From a virus, in IMG/VR virus record IMGVR_UViG_3300010354_000044, positions 96,001 to 160,000 of that record: a stretch of 64,000 bases of DNA, one strand, 5' to 3'. Numbering within the stretch: the first letter of the stretch is position 1; every line of letters begins with the position of its first letter. A program made the position numbers and the translations under genes. Below the pieces are notes generated by a model, which was not told the origin of the DNA, did no database searches, and was given only the letters and a program-made list of their open reading frames with translations. This document shows positions 45,744-56,008 of this stretch, piece after piece.

Positions 45744-46409
45744 TTAGTAACTTAATGGGGCTTTATTGGTATCAAACTTTAATATTGGATTGCCAATACC
45801 CTTGGCGGAGGACTCTAAGGCCTTTCGCATATGGGTAAACTGACTCAGCATTTCCACCCTATCTTCCTGTGGAAGCTCTGTGATGGTTTCAATGAAACTA
45901 CTAGGAAGACCAACGATGGATTCTAATAGCTGTGCTGTCAACTTCTTGCCGGTATTCAGCTTTACATTCTCACTCATTAACTGCTGGTAAGTCTCTTCAT
46001 CCAACATTTCAAAGTTTATACCAGCTTCTTCACAGGCCTTATCCATCAAGTGGCGGCAATGCTTTAGTTCCCTCTCCGCATCCGCACGTTGAATAGCAAT
46101 GAACTCTATACCGCTCTCTAGCTGCTCAATCTCAATTTCTAAGAGTTTCCTCTGGGCGGTTAGATAATTAGCTGCGGGGGTGTCTCCAGCCTCTTCTGCT
46201 TTACCAATAGAAACATCCTGGATAGCTAACTCAGCTCTCTTCACTTCAATCTGCTGAGCTAACTTGCGGACCTCGAATTCTGCATTGACTAATGCCCGCT
46301 CTTTGTCTAAAGCTTGTAGGTAGCAGGCTCTATGTTTACCAATAAACGTAGGCTGCGCGTGGTAGATCCAGTCAAGCTGAGTATTACTATTTGTAGAAAG
46401 TTGTATCAT
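45744..46409 (-). CDS. coiled-coil protein in the tail module
   Basis: 221-aa helical ORF next to the fibre genes. Confidence 0.6.
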   Translation of the reverse strand: MIQLSTNSNTQLDWIYHAQPTFIGKHRACYLQALDKERALVNAEFEVRKLAQQIEVKRAELAIQDVSIGKAEEAGDTPAANYLTAQRKLLEIEIEQLESGIEFIAIQRADAERELKHCRHLMDKACEEAGINFEMLDEETYQQLMSENVKLNTGKKLTAQLLESIVGLPSSFIETITELPQEDRVEMLSQFTHMRKALESSAKGIGNPILKFDTNKAPLSY

Positions 46410-46702
46410 AGCCCTAACCTACTTGTTCCGTTTGTATTGTTACCCTGCAACTGCGCGCCTACTACTTCTAGTGACTGGCGATCCAATGGGTAACCAAATA
46501 CCGCACTACTAACAATCTGGGTGGGCCCATTTACATCGGGAACCTCAGGACCATCAACGTTTCTAAACCGGGTAACTGGTAGGTACTGAGAAATGTAGCG
46601 TTCTGTTGTATACGTTAACTCTTGTACAGTACCTGTATAAGCTACAGTTCGTAGATTACCCTGGTCATATACACGAATATCGTTAAGTGTCGTGAACTGC
46701 AT
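46406..46702 (-). CDS. hypothetical virion-associated protein
   Basis: 98 aa, in the minus-strand operon. Confidence 0.55.
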   Translation of the reverse strand: MQFTTLNDIRVYDQGNLRTVAYTGTVQELTYTTERYISQYLPVTRFRNVDGPEVPDVNGPTQIVSSAVFGYPLDRQSLEVVGAQLQGNNTNGTSRLGL

Positions 46703-46703
46703 A

Positions 46704-47213
46704 TTAAATAATAGGTACTAAATCAAACTGTTGGCCCGACTGAGAAAATAGCTTTAAACCTAAAGCGGTGTTTCTAACTTCATAAATTTCGTCGGTTATA
46801 TCTGATGAGGGAAACCAAGGCTCTGCCGGACTACTGCCTTCAACATTCTTTAACCAGTAAATGGTTTTCTTGAATTGAAACGTCTTCATTGTAGACCCAG
46901 TACCTACTGTAAACCGGTAGTAAATAACCTGGGTATATTTAGTCCCGGGAGTCTGTTTAGTAGGTGCCTGGTTCACAACATAGTAAATAGTCTCTGCACT
47001 CCGCCCTAGCTGGTTAGGGTCCCACCAGTAAGTTTTATAAGCAGCCTTTTGGACATAGGGCCGCGCATCTACTGTAGATTTCGGGTGCGCGTTCTCCGGC
47101 TCTACTAATCCAGCCTGGCTCTCCGCCCCTACATAAGTAAATTGATTTCCCGATTTGGTTGGAATAACCAAACGGGTTTCAATCGTCTCAAATGGGTTCT
47201 CAAATTTAGCCAT
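46704..47213 (-). CDS. hypothetical virion-associated protein
   Basis: 169 aa, in the minus-strand operon. Confidence 0.55.
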   Translation of the reverse strand: MAKFENPFETIETRLVIPTKSGNQFTYVGAESQAGLVEPENAHPKSTVDARPYVQKAAYKTYWWDPNQLGRSAETIYYVVNQAPTKQTPGTKYTQVIYYRFTVGTGSTMKTFQFKKTIYWLKNVEGSSPAEPWFPSSDITDEIYEVRNTALGLKLFSQSGQQFDLVPII

Positions 47214-47218
47214 AGTAA

Positions 47219-49270
47219 TTAACCGTTATACCTGTAAAGCGGAGTTTGTCCCGACACATTTTGTACAGCCCTAATTTGGGGAATTGTACGCTCCGACCAC
47301 ACAGCGACATTCTCTGTGTAATTCTGGACAACCTGACTTCTTCTAACTGACATAGTGCCCCCAAACAAATAGCCCTTTTTGCTGCTGGCGGCTCCACTCA
47401 TACTGGCGCGTCTTGAGTTAAAGCTGTTTAGATTTAAGGCTAGATTACTCAAGCTTTGGTTAACTGAATTAAACCTTACAGCTGAATTCCCCCCGATGAT
47501 AGGAGTTGTTGTAGAAGAGCCTGCAAATATATAGGCAGAGGTTTCGTCAGCAAATGAAGCGGCGCCAAATACGTTAGCGCCTAAGTCTAAAGAGCCAACC
47601 GCGTTAACACTGGTTGAATTCAAAGCAATAGAGCGGACACTATTTACGATGGTGGTATTATTAACCCCACCAAATATGTAACCTATGGATATACTAGATG
47701 CCCCAGAGTAGAAAGCTTCTGACGTACTAGAATAGGTCGTGGATGCCAAGCTAATAGCTAAAGCATTAGCGGCTTCTGTCACATATAACAGCTCCACCCC
47801 AGCATTACTACTTAGATGAGTCCCATTCGTTTGGACACCTCCAACGAAATAACCTTTTGTGTTATCTCCAAAGGCTGCGCCCCCAGATGGGTTTAATGCA
47901 GTTAAAGCTGCTAGGTTTAATTGAACTGAAGATTGTTTTACAAAATTGAATTTTTCTACAGTCCAGGTCCCTGACGTAGTATTGATGGGTGTTATAGAGC
48001 CAAGGCCGGTTATATACATGGCCGCTGACGAGGCTACTGAAGTAGCATCAGCTTTCGTTTGCACCAAGCCTGTATAAACTTCAGCAGCAATTGCATCAGC
48101 ACCTGGAATAGCTGAGATAACCTTCAACGTCTCAGTCTGGATATCAAGACGCTGGATAGTCTTACTGTAGCCAGTTATCCCATGTCCGCCCGCAATATAA
48201 ATAGCCCCAGGCAGCGCTGTCACCTGTTGAGGCTGCCCAATAGTGCTTGTGTAAACCGCCGGCATCTTGTAGTTAAAGACTTCACAAGATGCATTCTGTA
48301 GTTCAGCAATAGACCGTGCGTAATCTAAATTTACCCGGCGCTGTTGGTCAGCTAGAAAATTAGTATAAGCACGTCCAGCCGCTTCAATTCTGTTCCTTAA
48401 ATCAGGGACCCACTCAAGGTCTCCCCCACTAGGAGCAACTTGAATCATTGCTAGTGGGCTGGGTCTATTAGTTGTTAGAATATCATTTAAACTAATAGAC
48501 CCAGGCCCACTCCCGCCACTAGACTGATTGACCCACTCCAAGGACATAGCCGAGGAGGGTCCTTTAATAGCTAAGACGCGCCCTACAGCAGCACCGGAAG
48601 CGTTAATAGACCCTAAAGTAACAAGTTGATTAGACGCAACTAAACTTAGGATGTTATTGGATACGGTGAAGTCCGAGCTTAAGGCAATAGCCGCTGTTCC
48701 AGACTGCTGGCCTAAGGCAATCGTTCCCGGTGAGTTCTGTATCGTAGCCGGGGCCACAACGGTCGCTGGCGTTGGTAGGCTAATTTGGGAAGCAGTAACG
48801 GCTGCATTACTTATTTTGCCCCAAGGAACAGCACTAATTGACAGCTGCTCGCCTGATAGCTGAAATTCCGTACTTAGAGTATAAGCACGTCCGGCGCCTC
48901 CGAATCCCACAGGTAACTGGCGATCAGAGAGTAGAAGATTCTCTGCTCGTAATGTTCCTGTTAGTCGAGAAGCATCTAGGCTCTGGAGCTTTAAAGCTCC
49001 TCCCACAACATCAAATTCAGGCCCTAAAGGGACATAAGTGTTGCCAACAACAACCTGCCGAGGAAGACCTGCAAAACTTAGTTTACGTGAGCTAGGACTC
49101 CAACTTAACCCAGGCCCTGCAATATCGTCATTTTCACTTAGAGTTAGCTGGACATTTAGATTAACTTTTTCGGCAAAATTCCGTAAGGTATCTCCCTGTC
49201 CGTCTCCGGGAGTTATCCCCGTGTTAATTTGCTTCAGACCGTTAGGAAGGTCAGGTAAATTTATAGCCAT
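47219..49270 (-). CDS. tail fibre / receptor-binding protein with C-terminal Kelch-like propeller repeats
   Basis: INTGITPGDGQGDTLR N-terminal attachment motif; YIAGG, YFVGG, YIFGG, YIFAG, YLFGG repeats. Confidence 0.75.
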   Translation of the reverse strand: MAINLPDLPNGLKQINTGITPGDGQGDTLRNFAEKVNLNVQLTLSENDDIAGPGLSWSPSSRKLSFAGLPRQVVVGNTYVPLGPEFDVVGGALKLQSLDASRLTGTLRAENLLLSDRQLPVGFGGAGRAYTLSTEFQLSGEQLSISAVPWGKISNAAVTASQISLPTPATVVAPATIQNSPGTIALGQQSGTAAIALSSDFTVSNNILSLVASNQLVTLGSINASGAAVGRVLAIKGPSSAMSLEWVNQSSGGSGPGSISLNDILTTNRPSPLAMIQVAPSGGDLEWVPDLRNRIEAAGRAYTNFLADQQRRVNLDYARSIAELQNASCEVFNYKMPAVYTSTIGQPQQVTALPGAIYIAGGHGITGYSKTIQRLDIQTETLKVISAIPGADAIAAEVYTGLVQTKADATSVASSAAMYITGLGSITPINTTSGTWTVEKFNFVKQSSVQLNLAALTALNPSGGAAFGDNTKGYFVGGVQTNGTHLSSNAGVELLYVTEAANALAISLASTTYSSTSEAFYSGASSISIGYIFGGVNNTTIVNSVRSIALNSTSVNAVGSLDLGANVFGAASFADETSAYIFAGSSTTTPIIGGNSAVRFNSVNQSLSNLALNLNSFNSRRASMSGAASSKKGYLFGGTMSVRRSQVVQNYTENVAVWSERTIPQIRAVQNVSGQTPLYRYNG

Positions 49271-49360
49271 GCGCTGCTGCTATGTATCCTCGTGGAGATA
49301 AGAGGTTGTGTTGTTACAATAAGGCCTACAGGCCTTCTTGGAGTAGTCAACATTTAGTCT

Positions 49361-49402
49361 CCCTTCCTCCCCGCCCCCTCCTCCCCCAACCGCGGCAGGC
49401 TC
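49361..49402 (+). repeat. C-tract/CGGCAG element, copy 7
   Basis: CCCTTCCTCCCCGCCCCCTCCTCCCCCAACCGCGGCAGGCTC, between minus-strand genes. Confidence 0.7.
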
Positions 49403-49842
49403 TAACTCGGCCATTGCGACAGGTTAATTACACCTTCAGTAATGTCTTGCGGGCTGTGAATGTGGTACTGTCCCTGGCGCCTATTGTTCTCTTCGTCTAA
49501 GTCAGTAGCTATAGACAAGCATCTATTCTTTAATGTTTGTAACTCACCGTACATAATTTCAACAGACACTAAAGACGCTTCCGTAGAATTAAGGCTATTA
49601 GTTAAACTCAGTAGCGTAAAGTCTGGGGTAGACAGACTTGTGACCAATCTGGCTATCTCGGAGATAGCAATCCCAAGCGTCCCCTCTAAGGGGCTTCCTG
49701 GCTGCAAAACATCTTCCCTGCTAAAATACAAAGGTTTAATCCATAGTCTTAGCCCACCCCGGACCTGGCCCGCCGCAGGTAAATCCGTAAACCAATGGGC
49801 CATAGACTGTACCAAGTTTGTAGCCGATGTAAGTAGACTCAT
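49402..49842 (-). CDS. hypothetical structural protein
   Basis: HIHSPQDI His motif as in fibre proteins. Confidence 0.55.
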   Translation of the reverse strand: MSLLTSATNLVQSMAHWFTDLPAAGQVRGGLRLWIKPLYFSREDVLQPGSPLEGTLGIAISEIARLVTSLSTPDFTLLSLTNSLNSTEASLVSVEIMYGELQTLKNRCLSIATDLDEENNRRQGQYHIHSPQDITEGVINLSQWPS

Positions 49843-49848
49843 TATTAA

Positions 49849-50796
49849 TTACTGCCAACTCAATTCGTTATTTTCATTTACTACAATAGTCTTACCCGGA
49901 GCCCAGGTACCGGAGGCTAGTTGAGCCGGTTTAAACTGCCCAGCTACAACATCAATAGCGTTGTGCTGATGATTGGCATAAATAGCTACTAACTGGGTGT
50001 ATTTTGCTAGTAGCTCTGTATACTCCCTAGTTAAATTTACAAGTTGAGGGCTTATAATCCCTATGCGAGCATTCAGCTGACTTATCTTGTCGTTCAACCC
50101 TTCCATAGACTGAGATGGCGGTGTATTCCAACGGGCACCACCAATGACCTTACGAATCTGGGTCACGATATCATTTAAGGCCTGTGATATAGTCAGTTCA
50201 CCGACAGGCCTTCCAATAACTTCCGCCTCGTCATTCAATACAATACTACGCGTACTTTTAAATAAACCCGCTTCGTCAGCATAAACCGTTGTATTAATAT
50301 CTAGATTAAACTGATTTCCGTCCCAGGATAAACCAGGCCCTGCAAGGTTTTGAGTCCTACTCAGAGCAATAGATACATTGTGATTCATAATACTAACCAA
50401 GTCCTCTACAGACATGTCAGCAAGTTCATCTAAGGGAATAATTCTTAGTTCTTTTTCACCTTGTAACTCTGCTACTTGGATAATACCCCAGAGGGTAGGG
50501 TCAGAAGCTGATTGGTAATATAACTGAGGTGGAGTGTTGTCCTGAACCTCCCACTCAATAACTCCAGAGGATATACCATTAGGGCCTGGGCTAATACTAT
50601 AAGAAAATCCGTATGCATTATCTAGAGTAGTTTTAATAGCAAAAGGTTCATTAGGGGTATTAACCTCAAATCTAATATGGTCGCCCCGAATGATTGTAAC
50701 CGGTGGATTATTAATCACTCCATTTATGGAATAAAAATCCTTCCCAGCCAACGAACCTAACGTGACCTTGTAAGTACCTACGGATGGTGATAACAT
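49849..50796 (-). CDS. structural protein (cupredoxin-like N-terminus, fibre-like C-terminus)
   Basis: NPPVTIIRGD..F...PPQLYYQ; HQHNAIDV; shares LAGPGLSW with 47219..49270. Confidence 0.6.
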   Translation of the reverse strand: MLSPSVGTYKVTLGSLAGKDFYSINGVINNPPVTIIRGDHIRFEVNTPNEPFAIKTTLDNAYGFSYSISPGPNGISSGVIEWEVQDNTPPQLYYQSASDPTLWGIIQVAELQGEKELRIIPLDELADMSVEDLVSIMNHNVSIALSRTQNLAGPGLSWDGNQFNLDINTTVYADEAGLFKSTRSIVLNDEAEVIGRPVGELTISQALNDIVTQIRKVIGGARWNTPPSQSMEGLNDKISQLNARIGIISPQLVNLTREYTELLAKYTQLVAIYANHQHNAIDVVAGQFKPAQLASGTWAPGKTIVVNENNELSWQ

Positions 50797-50843
50797 TAAC
50801 CTAAAGCTATACAGTGTAGCTTTTTATAGTACAGTATGTAAAA

Positions 50844-51140
50844 ATGACTAATTTATCTAACATGCTTCCTAACACAACTGTTTTTACTGTAGGTACTATG
50901 GTTTTCAACACCCTAGACTATACACCAGTAGAAGTCCTAAGCAGTAATCCACTGACGACAGAAATTAAATATGGGTCAGGCTATGTATCTACAGTACCGA
51001 CTTCAGCCCTCCTAGACGAAGAGGAGTTCAACAAGCAAAAGGAAGCTTTAGTTAGACTACTAGAAAAGCGTTTGAATAATATCCGGAACCTTAATGCTAC
51101 CTACACGCATCTACGCCTCCAGAAATCGGACAGTGTTTAG
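50844..51140 (+). CDS. hypothetical protein
   Basis: 98-aa ORF. Confidence 0.5.
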   Translation: MTNLSNMLPNTTVFTVGTMVFNTLDYTPVEVLSSNPLTTEIKYGSGYVSTVPTSALLDEEEFNKQKEALVRLLEKRLNNIRNLNATYTHLRLQKSDSV

Positions 51141-52235
51141 ACCACCCTGGTCAACCAGAAATAAGGTCTGCTTGGGAGGCTCGGGCTTGAACCCAAAGCT
51201 CAAGCTGTAAGGATTAGGACCGCAGGTGCAGCCGTTAATAATATAATCCGAGGATGCAAAACTCTGATGCCAGTGGCCCATTACGGTAAGGTCGGCTCTA
51301 AGGTTTTGTATCTGATTAATTCTGTGAAGGTACTTCGGAATGGAAGTATGGGGGTTTCCGCCCGTAATATCATCCCCGTGCATTAGACGAATACGGTGAT
51401 TATAGGCGGTAATAAATTGCATACGCTCGGTTTTAATATGGAACGTACAATCTAATTTAAGCAGGCTAGCCTGCTGCTCCAGGTTATAAAACATAAATTG
51501 CTCATAGGAGTACCCTTGGTTTTGGTTCTCCCTTTTTTTCAACGTCGCTCTGCCGTGGTTACCTGGTACACAGACAACATCCAGCTTATAACCCTTAAAG
51601 AATTGAATAATACTCAATAAAACTTGGCCTACCTGAGCCGTCTCTTCTAAAACTGTAAGGGCATTACCGTGGACTTGGGTGTAAGGCTCATGAATATCCC
51701 CGTGGATATGGTCGCCTAAAAAACATAGCACGAGGCGTTTAATAGTTTGTATGGTACTAAGTTTCTTTAGTTCCTCAGCTGCTCTTTGAGCTACTGTAAT
51801 CATTCGTGTCCGGGCGATGTCTGGTGTGTGTTCATTTAGATTGTAAGTATTAGACCGCTCAATCACTTCTGCAAAATGGTTGTCACTAAACACCAGGAAG
51901 GCTGTTGCTTCGTTTTGAGTTGTAGTCGCTTTAATAATTAAAGGAGGCCGCTTATCGTCTAGGATTTGTTGGGCGTGTCGCCGCCGATTTTCTTCACTTA
52001 CTAGCTTATTAATAACCTGCTGCTGTTTAGTATTGATATTCCGAACTCGGTCGTAGGCTAAGTACCCATCTAGTTCATCAGGGTTGTCAGGTAAATACCA
52101 ATGTCCATCTTCTGACAGCAGCGCCCCCAGTTCAGTAAGCGTTGTTAGAATACTATTACGGTCTAACCCTGTACCGCTAACCAAATCATTGAATTTGCAA
52201 GTACCGTTTAGCAGACTCTTTAGTTCATCAGTCAT
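51111..52235 (-). CDS. calcineurin-like metallophosphoesterase / nuclease
   Basis: SDNH, GDHIHG, GNHG, HGD, GHWH. Confidence 0.85.
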   Translation of the reverse strand: MTDELKSLLNGTCKFNDLVSGTGLDRNSILTTLTELGALLSEDGHWYLPDNPDELDGYLAYDRVRNINTKQQQVINKLVSEENRRRHAQQILDDKRPPLIIKATTTQNEATAFLVFSDNHFAEVIERSNTYNLNEHTPDIARTRMITVAQRAAEELKKLSTIQTIKRLVLCFLGDHIHGDIHEPYTQVHGNALTVLEETAQVGQVLLSIIQFFKGYKLDVVCVPGNHGRATLKKRENQNQGYSYEQFMFYNLEQQASLLKLDCTFHIKTERMQFITAYNHRIRLMHGDDITGGNPHTSIPKYLHRINQIQNLRADLTVMGHWHQSFASSDYIINGCTCGPNPYSLSFGFKPEPPKQTLFLVDQGGLNTVRFLEA

Positions 52236-52271
52236 AGTTTAGTTCAAGGCAACGTTAAACACTGCCATTCA

Positions 52272-54173
52272 TTGTACCCAATTTCTCTTTTATTTAGTAT
52301 GGAAATTACAGCTAAAGTTAATCTGACCAATATTCTAGATAAAATAAGCCGTTACTTTAATAGTGACCCGTCTACTATCTTGGATGAACTCCTGCAAAAC
52401 TCTCGCCGAGCAGGAGCCACAGAAATACATATCAGAACTAATAGCAACAGCACAACAATCACGGATAACGGCTGTGGTATTGAACACCCCCAGGTTCTTG
52501 TGGACCTATTTAATAGTGACTGGGAAGACTTACCCGAGTCTGAAGACCCTGCCGGCGCCGGGTTATTTTCTTTGGCTAGCCACGGATGTATTGTGCGCAG
52601 CAAGTACTGGAGCGTAGAACTAACTAAGGACGTGTTCGCCGGCAAGGCTGCTGCCGAAGTTAAGCACGAGGAGGAGTATATTGCTGGCACGTCTATTACC
52701 GTTCCTATCCGTATTCTCCGGCCTTTACATATCCAAAGGCTTAGATACTTTCCGGCAGCAATATTCGTCTATGATGGAGATAGCCCAGATTACACCACTA
52801 CAGGTGGGTGTGATTATATAGAGGAGCGGTCGGATTACTCCATTAGATTGAATAGACGACTCGGAACCCCTAAGGTTATTGAATACCAAGGCTTAAAGAT
52901 TGGCTTTGTAGTCAAAGATTTTAAAGAAACTATCTCAAATTCCCTCTATATTAACTTCTATGGTATTCAAGTAAATGAAGTAGACGGAAGCTTACCATTC
53001 GACGTTTACATAGACGTTATTGCAGATACACCGCTGCGGTTTGTGCTTCCGGACCGCAAGCAAGTCTACAAAAATGACTTCTACTATGAGCTGGTTAAGT
53101 ATATCAAGACCATTATTTATCAGACAATAATGGAGCAAGAGAGCCATACCCTGCCTTATAGATTCTACAAAGAGGCTAAGGAGCTACTACCGGAATTCCC
53201 AGAAAGTACACCTATCTTTATAGACGTATTAACAAAGCAAGAGGTTACTGTAGGGCGAAATGCAAACTTGGAAGGACTTTATAAATTCCAGCAGCTGAGG
53301 TACATGGATTGTTTCTTATACCTTCGCGATCCTTTAGCTGACGCATGTACTGACAATAATATACTATTAGTCTACGCACCTGACGCTCATGTAGGCTACT
53401 CGTGGGCCAATATTGAAGAGGTAACGCTTTCTGTTGTAATCGCAAGTCAACAGCCTTTACCTTTGGAGGTGGAGCACGTTGATGATAATAGCTCTACTTA
53501 TAGAACTGTAGACAGCGGGGAACTTAAATCCTTTGAGCAATTTGCAGACTCTATTAAAATGTCGTTAACCAGCACCTCAGGCAAGGTTTACACAGCGGAG
53601 CTTAATTACCTGATGGTTAAGTTAGAGGATGCTGAGTTTGAAGTAGACACTTTAGGCGATGGCCAAGAAACGAAGGGTCCGGATGAAAAGAGTCTTGTGC
53701 TTAATACTATCAGTGCGGATTATAAAACACTTACAATTACCGACTTAGATGTCTTTTCGCCGATCACATACTCCTGGTTTGATCCAGCGTGCTTACTAGA
53801 TTCTGCTTCTATCCTTTACTTAAAGAATAAGCCTGAGCTGATTAATGATATTGTTGACTACTTAGCTGATTCTGTTTTTCAGTCCGGAGATTTTTCAGAG
53901 TATGAAACACAGGAGTGCGAACGAAATTTCCGGAGAGATGCGACAGACTTTGTGATTAGCCTACTACATGATGAGGATTCTGCTATCAAGGAATATTTTA
54001 CAGATGTCCTTAATGAACATCGTTACCGGGTTCCAAATGGTACGTCGGTTACCATCACACTGACGAATAACCAACGTACCGATGGGGAATGCCTCCCAAT
54101 TACGACTACAGTAGAGGTTACTTGTAATCAAGAAGGCCCTGACAATCAAGAAGGCCCTGACAGTCAAGAATAA
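52272..54173 (+). CDS. GHKL (HATPase_c) ATPase domain protein
   Basis: ELLQNSRRAGA, ITDNGCGI, EDPAGAGLFSL. Confidence 0.8.
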   Translation: MYPISLLFSMEITAKVNLTNILDKISRYFNSDPSTILDELLQNSRRAGATEIHIRTNSNSTTITDNGCGIEHPQVLVDLFNSDWEDLPESEDPAGAGLFSLASHGCIVRSKYWSVELTKDVFAGKAAAEVKHEEEYIAGTSITVPIRILRPLHIQRLRYFPAAIFVYDGDSPDYTTTGGCDYIEERSDYSIRLNRRLGTPKVIEYQGLKIGFVVKDFKETISNSLYINFYGIQVNEVDGSLPFDVYIDVIADTPLRFVLPDRKQVYKNDFYYELVKYIKTIIYQTIMEQESHTLPYRFYKEAKELLPEFPESTPIFIDVLTKQEVTVGRNANLEGLYKFQQLRYMDCFLYLRDPLADACTDNNILLVYAPDAHVGYSWANIEEVTLSVVIASQQPLPLEVEHVDDNSSTYRTVDSGELKSFEQFADSIKMSLTSTSGKVYTAELNYLMVKLEDAEFEVDTLGDGQETKGPDEKSLVLNTISADYKTLTITDLDVFSPITYSWFDPACLLDSASILYLKNKPELINDIVDYLADSVFQSGDFSEYETQECERNFRRDATDFVISLLHDEDSAIKEYFTDVLNEHRYRVPNGTSVTITLTNNQRTDGECLPITTTVEVTCNQEGPDNQEGPDSQE

Positions 54174-54829
54174 ACATAACCCTGCTGCCGATAAGGCTGA
54201 CTAACAGAAACCCGCTCTAGAATTTTCTCTATGAGCGGGTTTCTAGCAATATCAGACAGGCCCATCTCGCAGATGGCTACCTCGTCTAACCCGGTTAGGG
54301 TACTTATAGCCCAGCTAATCCCATTGCGCCCTGGAATATCAACCTGGTTAGGGTCTCCATTTAGGATCATTCTGGCGCCAGGGCCTATCCGAGTGATAAG
54401 GGTGAGGACCATATTGGCATCTAAGTTCTGGACTTCTTCACAAATAACCACACAATTGGAAAAGCTTCTGCCCCGGCAATGGCTGATTGGTATGATTTCA
54501 ATGACGTTATTGGATAACATATAGTTAATCTCACCGAGTTCGCAGAAGTGTACAAGGTTGTCTATGATAGGTCCAGCCATAAACCCCAACTTCTCCTCCA
54601 ACCCACCAGGGAGCGCCCCTATCCGTTCCCCACAAGACTCGGCAGCAAGCCGCACTATTTTTATAGAGGAGGTTTCATCATCTGTGTCTTTTAATAGCTG
54701 ATAAGCGGCCCATGCACTAAGGAGGGTTTTCCCTGACCCGGCTGGACCGCTTATTACCGTGATTGTGTTTTGATGGATTGCTTTGACTACGTGGCGTTGA
54801 GTAGCGGACTGAAGTCTAAACTTCTTCAT
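54164..54829 (-). CDS. phoH: PhoH family ATPase
   Basis: GPAGSGKT, IGALPG, RGRSF, EEVQN, TRIG, GDPNQ. Confidence 0.93.
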   Translation of the reverse strand: MKKFRLQSATQRHVVKAIHQNTITVISGPAGSGKTLLSAWAAYQLLKDTDDETSSIKIVRLAAESCGERIGALPGGLEEKLGFMAGPIIDNLVHFCELGEINYMLSNNVIEIIPISHCRGRSFSNCVVICEEVQNLDANMVLTLITRIGPGARMILNGDPNQVDIPGRNGISWAISTLTGLDEVAICEMGLSDIARNPLIEKILERVSVSQPYRQQGYVYS

Positions 54830-54891
54830 ACGAACTTAGCGTAACGATATCTAGAGTTTACATATTTATATATCCGATATCTGTACAACTT

Positions 54892-55509
54892 ATGCCTATT
54901 AATTCGCCTGGAAATCCTGACGAAACGAGTAGTGGCTTCTCGCTACTCAGTTATACGACTGTAAGAGATTGGTGTATTGACTATTCTGAAAAATACAACT
55001 ATGTCCTACCGCGGTACTCTGAAGATTACCAATTGCTACAGCATTGTATTGATGTTTATATCCTTTGCGAGAGCGAGCTTGGGTTTCGCTCCAGATTGCC
55101 TATTAGAAATGGAGAGGTTATTCTTAGCTGCTTAAGAGCTGACCTCTTTAGATTGACTGCATCTGCTGCTATGGCTTGCTGGTTAACGACAGACACTTTT
55201 CGGTGGCATGATCGTCTACCAATTATGATAGATACTAAGACGCCGCCCGACGATATAAGTGCACTTAGTATTAATGTTAACGCTGTAGGCACTGACTTCT
55301 CCTACGGCATTCTAGCTGATTTGACACTGGACAGTGCCCTCAGGACTCCTGTACGGTATGCTGCTAATGTACTTAGCCAAGATGAAACTCGGGCAGAGTA
55401 CCTAGCCCTACCTGAGTGTAAGTCTTATATTGTAGATATTATTGATAAAATTAAGCCCCACAACATAAACAAAACTCTTATTGCCAGATATCTCAATACT
55501 GGCCTTTAA
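54892..55509 (+). CDS. hypothetical protein
   Basis: 205-aa ORF. Confidence 0.6.
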   Translation: MPINSPGNPDETSSGFSLLSYTTVRDWCIDYSEKYNYVLPRYSEDYQLLQHCIDVYILCESELGFRSRLPIRNGEVILSCLRADLFRLTASAAMACWLTTDTFRWHDRLPIMIDTKTPPDDISALSINVNAVGTDFSYGILADLTLDSALRTPVRYAANVLSQDETRAEYLALPECKSYIVDIIDKIKPHNINKTLIARYLNTGL

Positions 55510-56008
55510 GATGAAGTGCGATAGAAACTATATTAATTACTACACTAACTGCTCTAATAGACTAAAGCTATGTAAATACTGCATAGTCAATGGCGGCAAG
55601 TATAATAACTATGAGCCAATTGACGAAACGCTGACACCTCACCCAGGGGTAGAGGCTTATAATAAAAATAAAGAACGGGGTGCTCAGGCCAACAAAAAAG
55701 GGAAACAAGCTGAAAAGCAAGCTATACAACGTTTAGCTAATAAACTTGTTTCTCCGACTGTGGCCTCGGGCGCCGTAAGGGGCGATGGAGATGCTAAGCT
55801 TTCAGATCTATGTAACTTAGAACATAAGCTAAGAAACCGCTTAGGAATCACCAAAGCCGAGTATGAAAAAGGGAAGCGGCAGGGGGTTGGTGTCTGGCAG
55901 CTAACAGACCCAGACACCAATACTTCTGTCTATATTCTCTCAGAAGACGTATTTGTAAGACTACTCAAGAGGTACTATGAGTCTGAAAGCACTGAAGAAG
56001 GTCTCTAA
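55481..56008 (+). CDS. PD-(D/E)xK nuclease, Holliday-junction-resolvase-like
   Basis: KKGKQAE...SGA..GDGD...LEHK; adjacent to recA. Confidence 0.6.
   Translation: MPDISILAFKMKCDRNYINYYTNCSNRLKLCKYCIVNGGKYNNYEPIDETLTPHPGVEAYNKNKERGAQANKKGKQAEKQAIQRLANKLVSPTVASGAVRGDGDAKLSDLCNLEHKLRNRLGITKAEYEKGKRQGVGVWQLTDPDTNTSVYILSEDVFVRLLKRYYESESTEEGL

Noticed and set aside
54125-54169. 18-bp tandem repeat (NQEGPD x2.5)
   Set aside because: Simple slippage duplication in a disordered C-terminal tail.
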